Under the pieces are notes generated by a model that was not told the origin of the DNA, made no database searches, and worked only from the letters and a program-made list of their open reading frames with translations. 64,000 nucleotides of DNA from an uncultured Oscillospiraceae bacterium (GTDB lineage: Bacteria > Bacillota > Clostridia > Peptostreptococcales > Anaerovoracaceae): contig CAZDQV010000001.1 in assembly GCA_964507795.1 (NCBI GenBank), positions 578 through 64,577 on the forward strand, written 5' to 3'. Below are positions 1 through 9,182 of the stretch, one piece after another (within the stretch, counting starts at the first letter, position 1; each line of letters begins with the position of its first letter). The translations under genes and the position numbers were made by a program.

Positions 1-221
1 TTCTGAAAAACGAAATCGGCATGGTTGTTGATTGGAGCAGGGCAGATAAAGAAGATTATCTGCCTGCAATGGAGCGTAGCCCCATTAAAGATGTTGAGAT
101 TAAGGTGCTGTTGAGAGAAGCCCTGACCGTTGAAACAGATAGCCGTGAGATTTACATGAAAGGCATAGACCACAGCTACTGTTATGAGGGATATACGGCT
201 TTTAAGACAGGAGAACCGTAA
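1..221 (+). CDS. Fic/DOC-family protein, C-terminal fragment (5' end outside window)
   Basis: The frame is open from the window edge (phase starting nt 3) to the stop at 219-221. The tail DWSRADKEDYLPAMERSPIKDVEIKVLLREAL...MKGIDHSYCYEGY resembles the C-terminal helices of small bacterial Fic proteins. The catalytic HxFx(D/E)GNGR motif would lie upstream of the window, so this call is by resemblance only. Confidence 0.45.
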   Translation, partial: LKNEIGMVVDWSRADKEDYLPAMERSPIKDVEIKVLLREALTVETDSREIYMKGIDHSYCYEGYTAFKTGEP

Positions 222-251
222 ATTTCGGAGTGTATTTGCACAGAGGTGGAT

Positions 252-1658
252 ATGATTGAAAAAGAACAGGTAAACTTTATAGAGGGAACTCCCGTTGCAG
301 TGCGTATGTATTCAATAGAGGAGTACGAACCTCATTATCACGAAAACTGTATAGAGCTGCTGCTTGTACTCAAAGGCGACGCATACCTTATGGCAAGCTA
401 TGACAGATTTCATATGAAAGCGGGAGAGTTTGTTGTAATCAACAACGGCGACATACACTATATCAGAAGCGACTCCGAGAATGTATTGCTGTCTATGTAT
501 GTTGACCTTGATTCGTTTACAGACAAATGCAGATATATCAGAAACCTGTATTTTGTTTGCGAGAGCTTCAATGTAAACAATATTCAGAGAGCCTATGTTC
601 AGGAGCTGCGCAAATCAATTACCACAATAGTTATGGAAACAGCAGGTGGTTGTGAGCATATTGACAAAATAAATGAAAGCATAAATCAGTTTATGGATAT
701 GCTGATTTACAGATTTGACCTTGCAAATTACCACAACCTCAAAGAAATATCCGAACCGCAGCTTGAAAGATACCACAGGCTCATCAGAGAGGCTGACGAA
801 AACTATGGGGATAGGCTTGACCTTGAAGATATAGCCAGCAAGGAGTTTATAGGGAAAAAATACATATCGCAGTTCTGGAAAAGCATGACCAATATGAGCT
901 TTACAGAGTTTCTTAACTCCAGAAGAAGTGAAAAAGCCGAAAAAATTCTGCTTACAACAGACAGAAGCATCAATGAAATATCACTGATGTGCGGATTCTC
1001 AGACACCAAATACATATACAAAAACTTTAAGAAATGGTATGACAAAACTCCGTCTGCGCACAAAAAAGAATACGAGGAATACAAACAAAAGGGCACAAGC
1101 ATGAGGGAATACAGCGGCGAGGAATTTCTCGGCCGCTTCGGCAGAGAGTTCGTATACGCCAGCGTTGACGAGGAAAAAGCCGATATCATCAAATCCGCAG
1201 AGGACGCTATGAGCTGGCGCAAAAAATACGAATATGAAGTGCGCAAATCCACAGGTACCAAGCTCAAACGAGAGATGATAAGAGAAAGCCGTCAGGCTTC
1301 GGGACTTAAATCGGTATACCTGCCTCTGCTTGACAGTAATGTGGTCAAAGAAGAAAACGGAGATATATTTATCGACAACAGATTTATCGAAAAAGTGCTG
1401 ACAAGCATGAGAGAGCTGGGTATGATTCTGTATATAGAGATTGAGTTTAACAATCACAGCATCAGAGAATGGAAGAAGATAATCAGAAGTTTTGCCAAAA
1501 CCGCAGCAGGCAAAGGCGGTGAAAACCTGCTGCAGAACTGCAGATTCATAGTATATATAGATGAATTTGAAAAGGATATGCTGGTAAAAGAACTGGCAGA
1601 CGGGATTTCAGATGTAATAAATACAAAGAACATAGAAATGGCTATGCGGTTTGATTAA
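252..1658 (+). CDS. AraC-family transcriptional regulator with cupin-like N-domain and ~190-aa C-terminal extension
   Basis: Cupin-like segment (YHENCIELLLVLKGDAYL, GEFVVINNGDIHYI) followed by an AraC double HTH (FTEFLNSRRSEKAEKILLTTDRSINEISLMCGFSDTKYIYKNFKKWYDKTP). ATG 252 follows AGAGG by about 5 nt, whereas the ORF-track GTG 246 has no RBS. Confidence 0.85.
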   Translation: MIEKEQVNFIEGTPVAVRMYSIEEYEPHYHENCIELLLVLKGDAYLMASYDRFHMKAGEFVVINNGDIHYIRSDSENVLLSMYVDLDSFTDKCRYIRNLYFVCESFNVNNIQRAYVQELRKSITTIVMETAGGCEHIDKINESINQFMDMLIYRFDLANYHNLKEISEPQLERYHRLIREADENYGDRLDLEDIASKEFIGKKYISQFWKSMTNMSFTEFLNSRRSEKAEKILLTTDRSINEISLMCGFSDTKYIYKNFKKWYDKTPSAHKKEYEEYKQKGTSMREYSGEEFLGRFGREFVYASVDEEKADIIKSAEDAMSWRKKYEYEVRKSTGTKLKREMIRESRQASGLKSVYLPLLDSNVVKEENGDIFIDNRFIEKVLTSMRELGMILYIEIEFNNHSIREWKKIIRSFAKTAAGKGGENLLQNCRFIVYIDEFEKDMLVKELADGISDVINTKNIEMAMRFD

Positions 1659-1829
1659 AAGTATAATGTTGACAATAGGACAAAAATAAAAATGAAAATT
1701 GACAAGGTCATAAATCTCTTTGATATATCGGGATTCAGTCCTTGTCTTTTTTATATACAAAAATTAGAACCTGCGCCGATTGTTAACCCTTATCCAGGCT
1801 GATAACATAAAACAGAGAAAAAAAGATCT

Positions 1830-3179
1830 GTGAAACTTCATATCATAGGAGTTTCGGTCAGCAAAGGAAGAAGGTTTGAAATTATCAAAAAAGTATTAGT
1901 ATTAGGAGTTGGAGCTCAGGGCAGTGCAGCAGCAAAGAGACTGGACCTGGAGCCTAACGTGGAAGAAATTATTTGCGCGGATTATGATGCAAAGGCAGTT
2001 GAAAACATCGTTGGCCAGCTCAGGAAGGCCAGAGGCCTGAGAGTTGATGCTCATGACAAGGACAGCATCGTAGCTGCAGCTCAGGGCGTGGATCTGATTC
2101 TTAACGGTCTGCCGCTTGAATGTACGAAGAACGTACTGGACGCAGCTCTTGAGGTAAAAGCCAACTATCAGGACTACGCGTCGACCATCAACATGGAGAA
2201 TGTATGGAGAGAAAGCGAAGAAGCGAAGACTGACAGGGATATCAGAGGCGAAAAGATTACCGCACCGGGAACTAAGAAATGGTTCGACAGCCTTAAGGCT
2301 CAGTTTGAGATCTACGGACCTAAGTTTGAAGCTATCGACAGACTTGCGATAGTAGGAACCGGCTCGGCTCCCGGACTTATCTGCTGTGCAACAAGAAATG
2401 CGATGAAGTATCTCGACAAATGTGATACTATTTACAATTTTGTATGGGAAGGCGCTATAGCCGAAAGATTCCAGCCGTTCTGGTGGTCACCAGTAACAGC
2501 GCTCACAGATATGAGTGAAGCAGGCGTTGCTTTCGAAAACGGACAGTTCATCAATACACCGGCTTTTGGAAACCCTGTGAAGAGGCAGTATGATTACATG
2601 GATGAAGAGATCACATTCATGGAGCACTCGCATGACGAACCTCTGCACTATGGATTCAATGGCGAAAAGTATTTTAAGGGATGCAAAAATGCTTACTTTA
2701 AATATGCAGGAGCAGGTATGGACTTTGCAAAACCTCTCAGCGAAGCAGGACTTTTGAGCCACGAGGAAAAAGATTTTAATGGCAGCAAGATAGTTCCGTT
2801 TGATTTCATTCTCAGCCATATTCCTCCGGCACCTAAATACAAGGAAGAAATACAGGCGATTATAGACGAAGGCCTAAAGAAAGACGCAGGTTGCATGGTT
2901 GTAGAGGCTTACGGGCAGAAAGACGGCAAGAATGTTCTCGTAGAGACGCACGTATCAGCGCCGGGTTTTGTGGATTCATTCGAAAGGGCAGGGATAACCG
3001 CAGAGATGTATCTTACGGGTCAGGGCGGCTATCTGTTTTCTAAACTGTTCCTCAATGATAAGCTCAATCAGACGGGACTTATATCATCTGATATGCTTTC
3101 GATTGAACAGGTGGATACATACTTTGAATATGCAAAAGAACTCGGTATTACGATTGATACCAAAGTTAAAGAATTATAA
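1830..3179 (+). CDS. saccharopine dehydrogenase-like NAD(P)-binding oxidoreductase, paralogue 1
   Basis: N-terminal Rossmann motif VLVLGVGAQGSAAAKRL. Roughly two-thirds identical by eye to the next gene (shared blocks GTGSAPGLICCATR, TIYNFVWEGA, RFQPFWWSP, GCMVVEAYG, MYLTGQGGYLFSK). The start is uncertain: GTG 1830, or ATT/ATC at 1881-1886, which aligns with the GTG start of paralogue 2. Confidence 0.8.
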   Translation: MKLHIIGVSVSKGRRFEIIKKVLVLGVGAQGSAAAKRLDLEPNVEEIICADYDAKAVENIVGQLRKARGLRVDAHDKDSIVAAAQGVDLILNGLPLECTKNVLDAALEVKANYQDYASTINMENVWRESEEAKTDRDIRGEKITAPGTKKWFDSLKAQFEIYGPKFEAIDRLAIVGTGSAPGLICCATRNAMKYLDKCDTIYNFVWEGAIAERFQPFWWSPVTALTDMSEAGVAFENGQFINTPAFGNPVKRQYDYMDEEITFMEHSHDEPLHYGFNGEKYFKGCKNAYFKYAGAGMDFAKPLSEAGLLSHEEKDFNGSKIVPFDFILSHIPPAPKYKEEIQAIIDEGLKKDAGCMVVEAYGQKDGKNVLVETHVSAPGFVDSFERAGITAEMYLTGQGGYLFSKLFLNDKLNQTGLISSDMLSIEQVDTYFEYAKELGITIDTKVKEL

Positions 3180-3197
3180 CGCAAGGCAGGTGAAATT

Positions 3198-4436
3198 GTG
3201 AAAAAAATACTCGTACTTGGAACAGGGGCGCAGGGAACAACTGTTGCCAAAAGACTTGATGAAGAACCGAATGTAAGTGAAATAATATGCGCAGACTACA
3301 ACAAGGCGGCAGTCGATGAGCTGGTTTCCTCACTGACAAAGGCAAAGGGAGTTCAGTGCGACGCCTCAGATGTAGAGAGCATTAAAAGATGCGCAGAAGG
3401 CGCAGACCTTATAGTTAATGCACTTCCTCTGGAATTTGGCAAAAACGTACTTGATGCCGCACTTGCAGTTAAAGCCAACTATCAGGACTTTTCATCAAGC
3501 AACGCATTTGACGATGATGTTATCATGGGCTGGGTAAGAGGTATGAGATACCAGCTTGAAGTATACGGCCCTAAATTTAAGGAAATCGGAAGGCTTGCAA
3601 TAATCGGCACAGGCTCGGCACCCGGGCTTATCTGCTGCGCTACAAGAGATGCTATGAAATATCTTGATACTTGTGATACCATATACAATTTCGTATGGGA
3701 AGGAGCAGAGGCTAAGCGTTTCCAGCCGTTCTGGTGGTCGCCTGAAACAGCAATAGATGATATGAGCCAGCCTGCGTTTGCATATGAAGACGGTGAAATT
3801 ATCCTCAGACCTCCGTTTGAGGATCCTGTGAGCAGAAAATATGACTATATGGACAGAGAAGTGGTTTTCTTTAACCACAACCACGATGAACCTGTGCAGT
3901 ACGGCATCAATGCCGAAAAATATTTCAAAGGCTGCAAAAATGCATATTTCAAATATGCGGGAGTGGGAATGGAATTTGCAGAACCGCTTTACAGAGCAGG
4001 GCTTTTATCACGTCAAAAAGAAACAATAAGCGGTGTATCGGTATCACCGTTTGATGTGGTACTGGCTCATGTGCCGGCTCCGCCTAAGTTCGCAAGAGAA
4101 ATCAAAGAAATAATAGACGAGGGAATAGTTTCGGATGACGGCTGTATGGTGGTTGAGGCCTACGGCAGGAAGGATGGTAAGAATGTTCTTGTTGAAAATC
4201 ATGTGACCGCGCCGGGGCTTGTTGAGGCTTTTGAAAAAGCCGGCATGACAGGCGAAATGTATCTGACCGGACAGGGTGGTTATCTGTTCTCCAAAATGTT
4301 TGTAAATGATGACTTTGAAATAACGGGTCTGATTACTTCTGATATGCTGCCGATGAACAATGTGGACAGATATTTTGAATATGCAAGTAATCTGGGCATT
4401 ACAATCGACACAAAGATAAAAGAACTTGACAATTAA
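3198..4436 (+). CDS. saccharopine dehydrogenase-like NAD(P)-binding oxidoreductase, paralogue 2
   Basis: GTG start preceded by GGCAGGTGA. Rossmann motif ILVLGTGAQGTTVAKRL. Same conserved blocks as paralogue 1, but lacks its ~37-aa insertion after ANYQD. Confidence 0.85.
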   Translation: MKKILVLGTGAQGTTVAKRLDEEPNVSEIICADYNKAAVDELVSSLTKAKGVQCDASDVESIKRCAEGADLIVNALPLEFGKNVLDAALAVKANYQDFSSSNAFDDDVIMGWVRGMRYQLEVYGPKFKEIGRLAIIGTGSAPGLICCATRDAMKYLDTCDTIYNFVWEGAEAKRFQPFWWSPETAIDDMSQPAFAYEDGEIILRPPFEDPVSRKYDYMDREVVFFNHNHDEPVQYGINAEKYFKGCKNAYFKYAGVGMEFAEPLYRAGLLSRQKETISGVSVSPFDVVLAHVPAPPKFAREIKEIIDEGIVSDDGCMVVEAYGRKDGKNVLVENHVTAPGLVEAFEKAGMTGEMYLTGQGGYLFSKMFVNDDFEITGLITSDMLPMNNVDRYFEYASNLGITIDTKIKELDN

Positions 4437-4825
4437 ATGAAATTGCAACGAAGCAAAAGCAAGGACAAAACATCTTCGATTTGTCAGAAAACTTAGAATA
4501 TAAGACCATTGAAGAGAGCCGGGATACGGTCTAACATATGAATTGACCCTGCCAGTTCACTGCAACAAGTGATATTGGCAGGGTATGGCAATTGCCGGAC
4601 CATTTATTAGCTGTGATTTGCAATCATGGTGGACTGATTTCATCAAATGTGTTATTATTTGAATAGACAAATGAATATTTCGAAAATTCGTAATAGAGAG
4701 AAATCGACTCTAAAATAACTATTGAAGAAATTTAAGTGAGGTGAAGGAAGATGTGTGACAGTATTAGAATCATAGACAGAAAAAAAGGATAACATTTACA
4801 ATCTGATATTGAGGAGGAAAATGAA

Positions 4826-6535
4826 ATGGATCAGCATACAAATGGAGTTGCAGGACTTAAAAAACACGATATCAAAGTATCGGGAATAGTATTTATGCTC
4901 TACTGCCTTGTAGCAGCGGGAGCATTTGGTATCGAGGAGATGATACCTGAAGCAGGACCGGGAATGACACTGATATTACTGATGGTTTTCCCAATAATAT
5001 GGGCATATCCAATCAGTAATTTGGTAGCAGAGTGCGGAGCTGTATTGCCGTCTGAGGGCGGTGTGTACGTATGGGTCAAAGAAGCCTTCGGAGAATTCTG
5101 GGGTTTCCAGGCAGGCTGGTGGGCCACAGTATCAACATATATAACCAATGGTGTATATGTTGCACTGGTTGCAGGTTATGTGAGCCAGATGATACCTATG
5201 AGTGAGCTTGCTGTTCATGCAATAAAAATCGGAATGATACTTATTTTTACAATTGTCAACCTTATGGGACTCAGAGAGGTTGGCAAAGTCAGCACAATAC
5301 TTTCGGTCCTCATACTTCTTGCATTTGCACTTGTTGCAATAGTAGGAATTATCAACTGGCAGACAAATCCGATGGAACCTTTTATGCCGGAAGACTACAG
5401 CATATTTGATGGCCTGGGAGGAGGCATATGTATCTGTATTTGGATGTATTGCGGGTATGAATGTATATCGAATATGGCAGGAGAGGTCAAAAATCCTCAG
5501 GTGATACCTAAAGGATTGATGATAGCTATGCCGCTGGTAGCACTTACATACGTGCTTCCTACACTTGGCGGACTTGCATGCCTTCCTGAAGGCAGCTGGG
5601 AAATGTGGTCAACAGAAGGCGGTTTTGATGGCGAAGCTGTAGGCTATGCGACAGTACTTACAACCTATATGGGTCAGGCATGGGGATATGTATTCCTTGT
5701 AATCGCTATAGTATCGCAGTGCGCAATATTCAACACATATCTGGCATCAGGCTCAAGAGGATTTTTCGTACTTGCAGATGACCATCTTTGCCCGCAATTC
5801 ATGGTAAAGGTATCAAAAAAGAGAGGAGTTCCGTATATAGGAATACTTTCACTGGCAGTAGTTACACTTATCCTGTGTCAGTCAGATTTCACCACTCTTG
5901 TAAGTATGGAAGTTGTGTTTATGTTGGCACTGTATATAATACTGCCTGTATCGGTTCTTAAACTTCGAAAGAAGCTGCCGCTGGAAAAACGAAAAGAAAG
6001 AGGTCTGTTCTTTATTAGGGGCGGCAAGGTGGCTATGATTTTTTATGCAGGCTTCCCTGTAGTAATTTCAATAATAGCACTGCTTATAAACGGTACGGAT
6101 TACCTGACAACAGGACTTATGGCTCTGTGTACAGGACCTGTTGCATACTATATACTCAAGAGAATATTCGGAGGACTTGCAATAAATGATCCTGAGCATA
6201 ATCCTGTGAACCCTAAGACCAAGCTTGCTGTAGGAGATACCGTCAGAGTAGGCATATTTATGATATGTGCAGGGGCAATGGCGTTCCTGGGACAGTTCTG
6301 GCTCAAATGGTATGAAATCGACTACGGCGAATGGGGACCGGATGACTATGATGTATTCTGTAATAGCATACCACAGGTTATCGAATGTCTGAAGTGGATA
6401 GGTCTTGCAGTACTGGTGATAGGCATTATAGTGGCTGTTGTCGGCAGGAAAAAGGATGCGCCGATTCCTGAAAAAGAAGTTGACATAGATGCACTTATGG
6501 ACAAATACCTCAACGAGGAAAAACACGACTTATAA
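4826..6535 (+). CDS. APC-superfamily amino-acid/polyamine permease
   Basis: 569 aa with at least 12 hydrophobic segments and a Gly-rich first TM pair (VFMLYCLVAAGAFGIEEMI ... PSEGGVYVW) typical of APC transporters. RBS GAGGAGG lies 8 nt upstream of ATG 4826. Confidence 0.8.
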   Translation: MDQHTNGVAGLKKHDIKVSGIVFMLYCLVAAGAFGIEEMIPEAGPGMTLILLMVFPIIWAYPISNLVAECGAVLPSEGGVYVWVKEAFGEFWGFQAGWWATVSTYITNGVYVALVAGYVSQMIPMSELAVHAIKIGMILIFTIVNLMGLREVGKVSTILSVLILLAFALVAIVGIINWQTNPMEPFMPEDYSIFDGLGGGICICIWMYCGYECISNMAGEVKNPQVIPKGLMIAMPLVALTYVLPTLGGLACLPEGSWEMWSTEGGFDGEAVGYATVLTTYMGQAWGYVFLVIAIVSQCAIFNTYLASGSRGFFVLADDHLCPQFMVKVSKKRGVPYIGILSLAVVTLILCQSDFTTLVSMEVVFMLALYIILPVSVLKLRKKLPLEKRKERGLFFIRGGKVAMIFYAGFPVVISIIALLINGTDYLTTGLMALCTGPVAYYILKRIFGGLAINDPEHNPVNPKTKLAVGDTVRVGIFMICAGAMAFLGQFWLKWYEIDYGEWGPDDYDVFCNSIPQVIECLKWIGLAVLVIGIIVAVVGRKKDAPIPEKEVDIDALMDKYLNEEKHDL

Positions 6536-6560
6536 ATTAAAACAGTTTAACAGATAGAGA

Positions 6561-6606
6561 CTGCCGCATGCTCACGACTAAAGTCACGAGTGTGCGGCAG
6601 CTTTTG
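6561..6606. terminator. intrinsic terminator between convergent permease and ATPase genes
   Basis: CTGCCGCA ... TGCGGCAG stem with an inner helix, followed by CTTTTG. Lies between the stop at 6535 (+) and the stop at 6620 (-). Confidence 0.65.
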
Positions 6607-6619
6607 CCAGGAAACATGA

Positions 6620-7966
6620 TCAGAGAATATATAGGTCAATCGGTATATCTTCAGGCTCCCTGTTGCCAAACAACCCTGCCATATAGATTGGCATATATAT
6701 GCATTTGGCGTCAACTTCTATGTTTGATAAAGAAAGCACAAAGCCTTTGTTTATTGAATAGTCTTCTGAGCTGACGAGATTGTCTAAGGCCTTGTGTGTT
6801 TTGAAGTCTTTTCCGGACTTGATTTCCAACGGGACAATCTGATTGTCATATTCTATAAGGAAGTCGATTTCGCCAATGCTTTTGCTCTTGAAATAATATG
6901 GGGCTATTTCAGAAGCTGATAATTCCTGAGCAATATAGTTCTCAAACAGCGCGCCGTTGTTAATTCCGTAGTCGGGATTCATATTGAGAAGTTCCCTGCT
7001 CACATAATCAGGGTAGCATGATGTCAAAAGTCCTACATCTCCCATAAACAGCTTAAACTTGTTTGTGGATTTAGACAGAATTAACGGTGATTTGGGCTGA
7101 TTTGCCATATATACCGGAATGGCTACTGCAGCATCTTTGAGCCAAAGGAAACTGTTTTCATAGCGGTCAAATTTAAGCTCCTTGTTAAGCTGAGTGAAAA
7201 TAAATCTTCTGTTTTGCTCGTTAAGCTGCGCCGGGATTGAATCAAATATCGAGATGATTCGCAGTTTTTTATCATCATTTTCATATTTGACAAAATCTGC
7301 TTTGTACTGACGAATAATGTTCTGCTGTTCATCACGAACTGCATGAAGATTACGAACAGTGATGAATTTGTTGACTACGGATGGCATTCCGCCGCAAATC
7401 AGGTAATAGTAAAATACATTCAGCATACGCCTGTGAATTATTTCGTCAACAGGTTTTAGATTATCAAAACAGTCCCTGAGGTGACTGATAGTATTCTCGC
7501 CGATTCCCAATGCATCAGCAAACTCAAAAAGTGTCATTGGATACATTTGAAACATATCAATATATCCGACCGGGATGCTTTTGATTCCTTTTAGTTCAAC
7601 TCCAAGGTTGGAGCCGCTCAGTACAAATCTATACCTGCCCTCATCAACCAGGAATTTGATTTTAGTGATAATGTCAGGGTACAGTTGTATTTCATCAAGG
7701 AATATGACCGATTCGCCCCATTTTAGAGGAATATCTGAGTAAAGTGCCAGTTTCATTGAAATATCTTTTGCATTACTTAGTCCGGAAATTGCATTGAGAA
7801 TATCCTCTCTTTCCTGAAAATTCACCTCGAAATATGAAATGTTGTTTCGCTGCAGCATTTCGCGTATGAGATAAGTTTTGCCTACCTGACGTGCACCGTA
7901 TATGAGCAGTGCTTTGCTGCTTGTGTCTATCCAATTCTGAATTCGATCTTCGTATTGTCTTTTCAT
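6620..7966 (-). CDS. AAA-family ATPase with DUF4143-type C-terminal domain
   Basis: Walker A GARQVGKTY and Walker B-like VIFLDEIQ. The 448-aa length and layout are typical of the AAA_14 + DUF4143 'ATP-binding protein' family. RBS AAGGAAGG lies 8 nt before the ATG. Confidence 0.8.
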   Translation of the reverse strand: MKRQYEDRIQNWIDTSSKALLIYGARQVGKTYLIREMLQRNNISYFEVNFQEREDILNAISGLSNAKDISMKLALYSDIPLKWGESVIFLDEIQLYPDIITKIKFLVDEGRYRFVLSGSNLGVELKGIKSIPVGYIDMFQMYPMTLFEFADALGIGENTISHLRDCFDNLKPVDEIIHRRMLNVFYYYLICGGMPSVVNKFITVRNLHAVRDEQQNIIRQYKADFVKYENDDKKLRIISIFDSIPAQLNEQNRRFIFTQLNKELKFDRYENSFLWLKDAAVAIPVYMANQPKSPLILSKSTNKFKLFMGDVGLLTSCYPDYVSRELLNMNPDYGINNGALFENYIAQELSASEIAPYYFKSKSIGEIDFLIEYDNQIVPLEIKSGKDFKTHKALDNLVSSEDYSINKGFVLSLSNIEVDAKCIYMPIYMAGLFGNREPEDIPIDLYIL

Positions 7967-7992
7967 TATTCAATCCTTCCTTTGTAATTATT

Positions 7993-8021
7993 ATCATACA
8001 GGAGATTGCCCCGTTTTGCAA
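7993..8021 (-). promoter_or_regulatory. sigma-A-type promoter of the ATPase gene (TTGCAA-17-TATGAT)
   Basis: On the minus strand: TTGCAA, a 17-nt spacer containing AACGGGGCAA, then TATGAT, about 27 nt upstream of the start codon. Confidence 0.5.
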
Positions 8022-8082
8022 TAATTTATAAACATATTTTGCCCCGTTTTTCTCAAAAATATATGTCGTTTTGCCCCGTTCT
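8006..8082. repeat. three direct 32-33 bp repeats with invariant core TTGCCCCGTT
   Basis: Cores start at 8006, 8039 and 8071 (TTGCCCCGTTTT, TTGCCCCGTTTT, TTGCCCCGTTCT). On the minus strand each unit reads TTGnnn-17-TAT-rich. Confidence 0.9.
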
Positions 8083-8097
8083 TCAAAATTATATTGC

Positions 8098-8126
8098 TTG
8101 CAGGGAAACTTTCAGGATTATATAAT
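8098..8126 (+). promoter_or_regulatory. sigma-A-type promoter of the EamA gene (TTGCAG-17-TATAAT)
   Basis: TTGCAG at 8098-8103, a 17-nt spacer, then TATAAT at 8121-8126. AGGAG lies 7 nt before TTG 8157. Confidence 0.55.
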
Positions 8127-8156
8127 ATATAGCAAAAGACAAAAAGGAGTTTCAGC

Positions 8157-9074
8157 TTGGACAAAAAACGATCTACATTTATTCTTATGTTCGTTCTCGT
8201 GCTTATGTGGGGACTTGATTATTCTGTGGCAAAGAACGCTCTTGAAGTGTTCAGACCTCTCAATCTCATGTTCTTCAAGTATCTTGGAGGACTTGTCGTA
8301 ATAACCATAATCAAGGTTATCGCAGAACGTAAATTTACGATTAGAAAAAAAGACATTGTATTTTTTGTGCTGTGTTCGCTTACCGGACAGATACTTTACT
8401 ATTTCTGTGAATATACGGCCATGGAATATATACCTGTGGCACTGATTACAATTATACTTTCATTTGTACCGATTGTATCGATTCTTATAGAAAGAGTGTT
8501 TTTCAAGAGAAAGCTGTCAGTCAGAATTGTATCAGGTCTTCTCGTATGTGTTGCAGGAGTTGGTCTTGTAATCGGAGCGGATTTTGCAAGCCTTTTCCAA
8601 GGCAGAATGATAGGATATCTGCTGGCATTCGGAGCCGTAATATCATGGAATATGTACAACTTCATCACTGCAAGAATTTCAAGGACGTATACAGAGCTTA
8701 CCATGGCGTTCAATCAGATTTTCTGTACAGTCCTGATATCACTGCCGTATGCTGTATCGGTAATGCCTCCGGCAGAGGCTTTTACACCGCAGATTATATT
8801 AAGCCTTGCCTATCTTGGAGTGGGAAGCGCAGGCACAGGCTATCTCATATATGTTAGAGGAGTCAAATATCTGGGGCCGACCATTTCATCACTTTTCAGC
8901 AATTTCCTGCCTGTGACATCAACCTTTTTCGGCTGGCTTATACTTGGCCAGAGCATAGGTAGGATGCAGATTGCAGGAGGCGCGATAGTTATTCTGTCCG
9001 CCTGTTATGTGATTATCGAAAAAAACAGATTGCAAAAACATGAGCTGATGCAAAGGCTTGAGAAAGAGACATAA
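8157..9074 (+). CDS. EamA/DMT-family transporter
   Basis: 305 aa with about 10 TM segments in two similar halves. TTG start with a good RBS. Confidence 0.8.
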   Translation: MDKKRSTFILMFVLVLMWGLDYSVAKNALEVFRPLNLMFFKYLGGLVVITIIKVIAERKFTIRKKDIVFFVLCSLTGQILYYFCEYTAMEYIPVALITIILSFVPIVSILIERVFFKRKLSVRIVSGLLVCVAGVGLVIGADFASLFQGRMIGYLLAFGAVISWNMYNFITARISRTYTELTMAFNQIFCTVLISLPYAVSVMPPAEAFTPQIILSLAYLGVGSAGTGYLIYVRGVKYLGPTISSLFSNFLPVTSTFFGWLILGQSIGRMQIAGGAIVILSACYVIIEKNRLQKHELMQRLEKET

Positions 9075-9182
9075 CAGTGCTTGTAATGAATTAGGGTTTA
9101 GAATATAATAAATAGTAACTTCACAAGAAGATAAACATTGTAATTGGCCAGTTGAGGTAATATATATGGAAGGAGAATTAAA

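Noticed and set aside
6620-7966. The DUF4143 AAA ATPase as a phage-defence gene.
   Set aside because: It is a solitary gene with no nuclease, methylase or other partner, and it belongs to a very widespread family without established defence function. Only its unusual upstream repeat array is reported.
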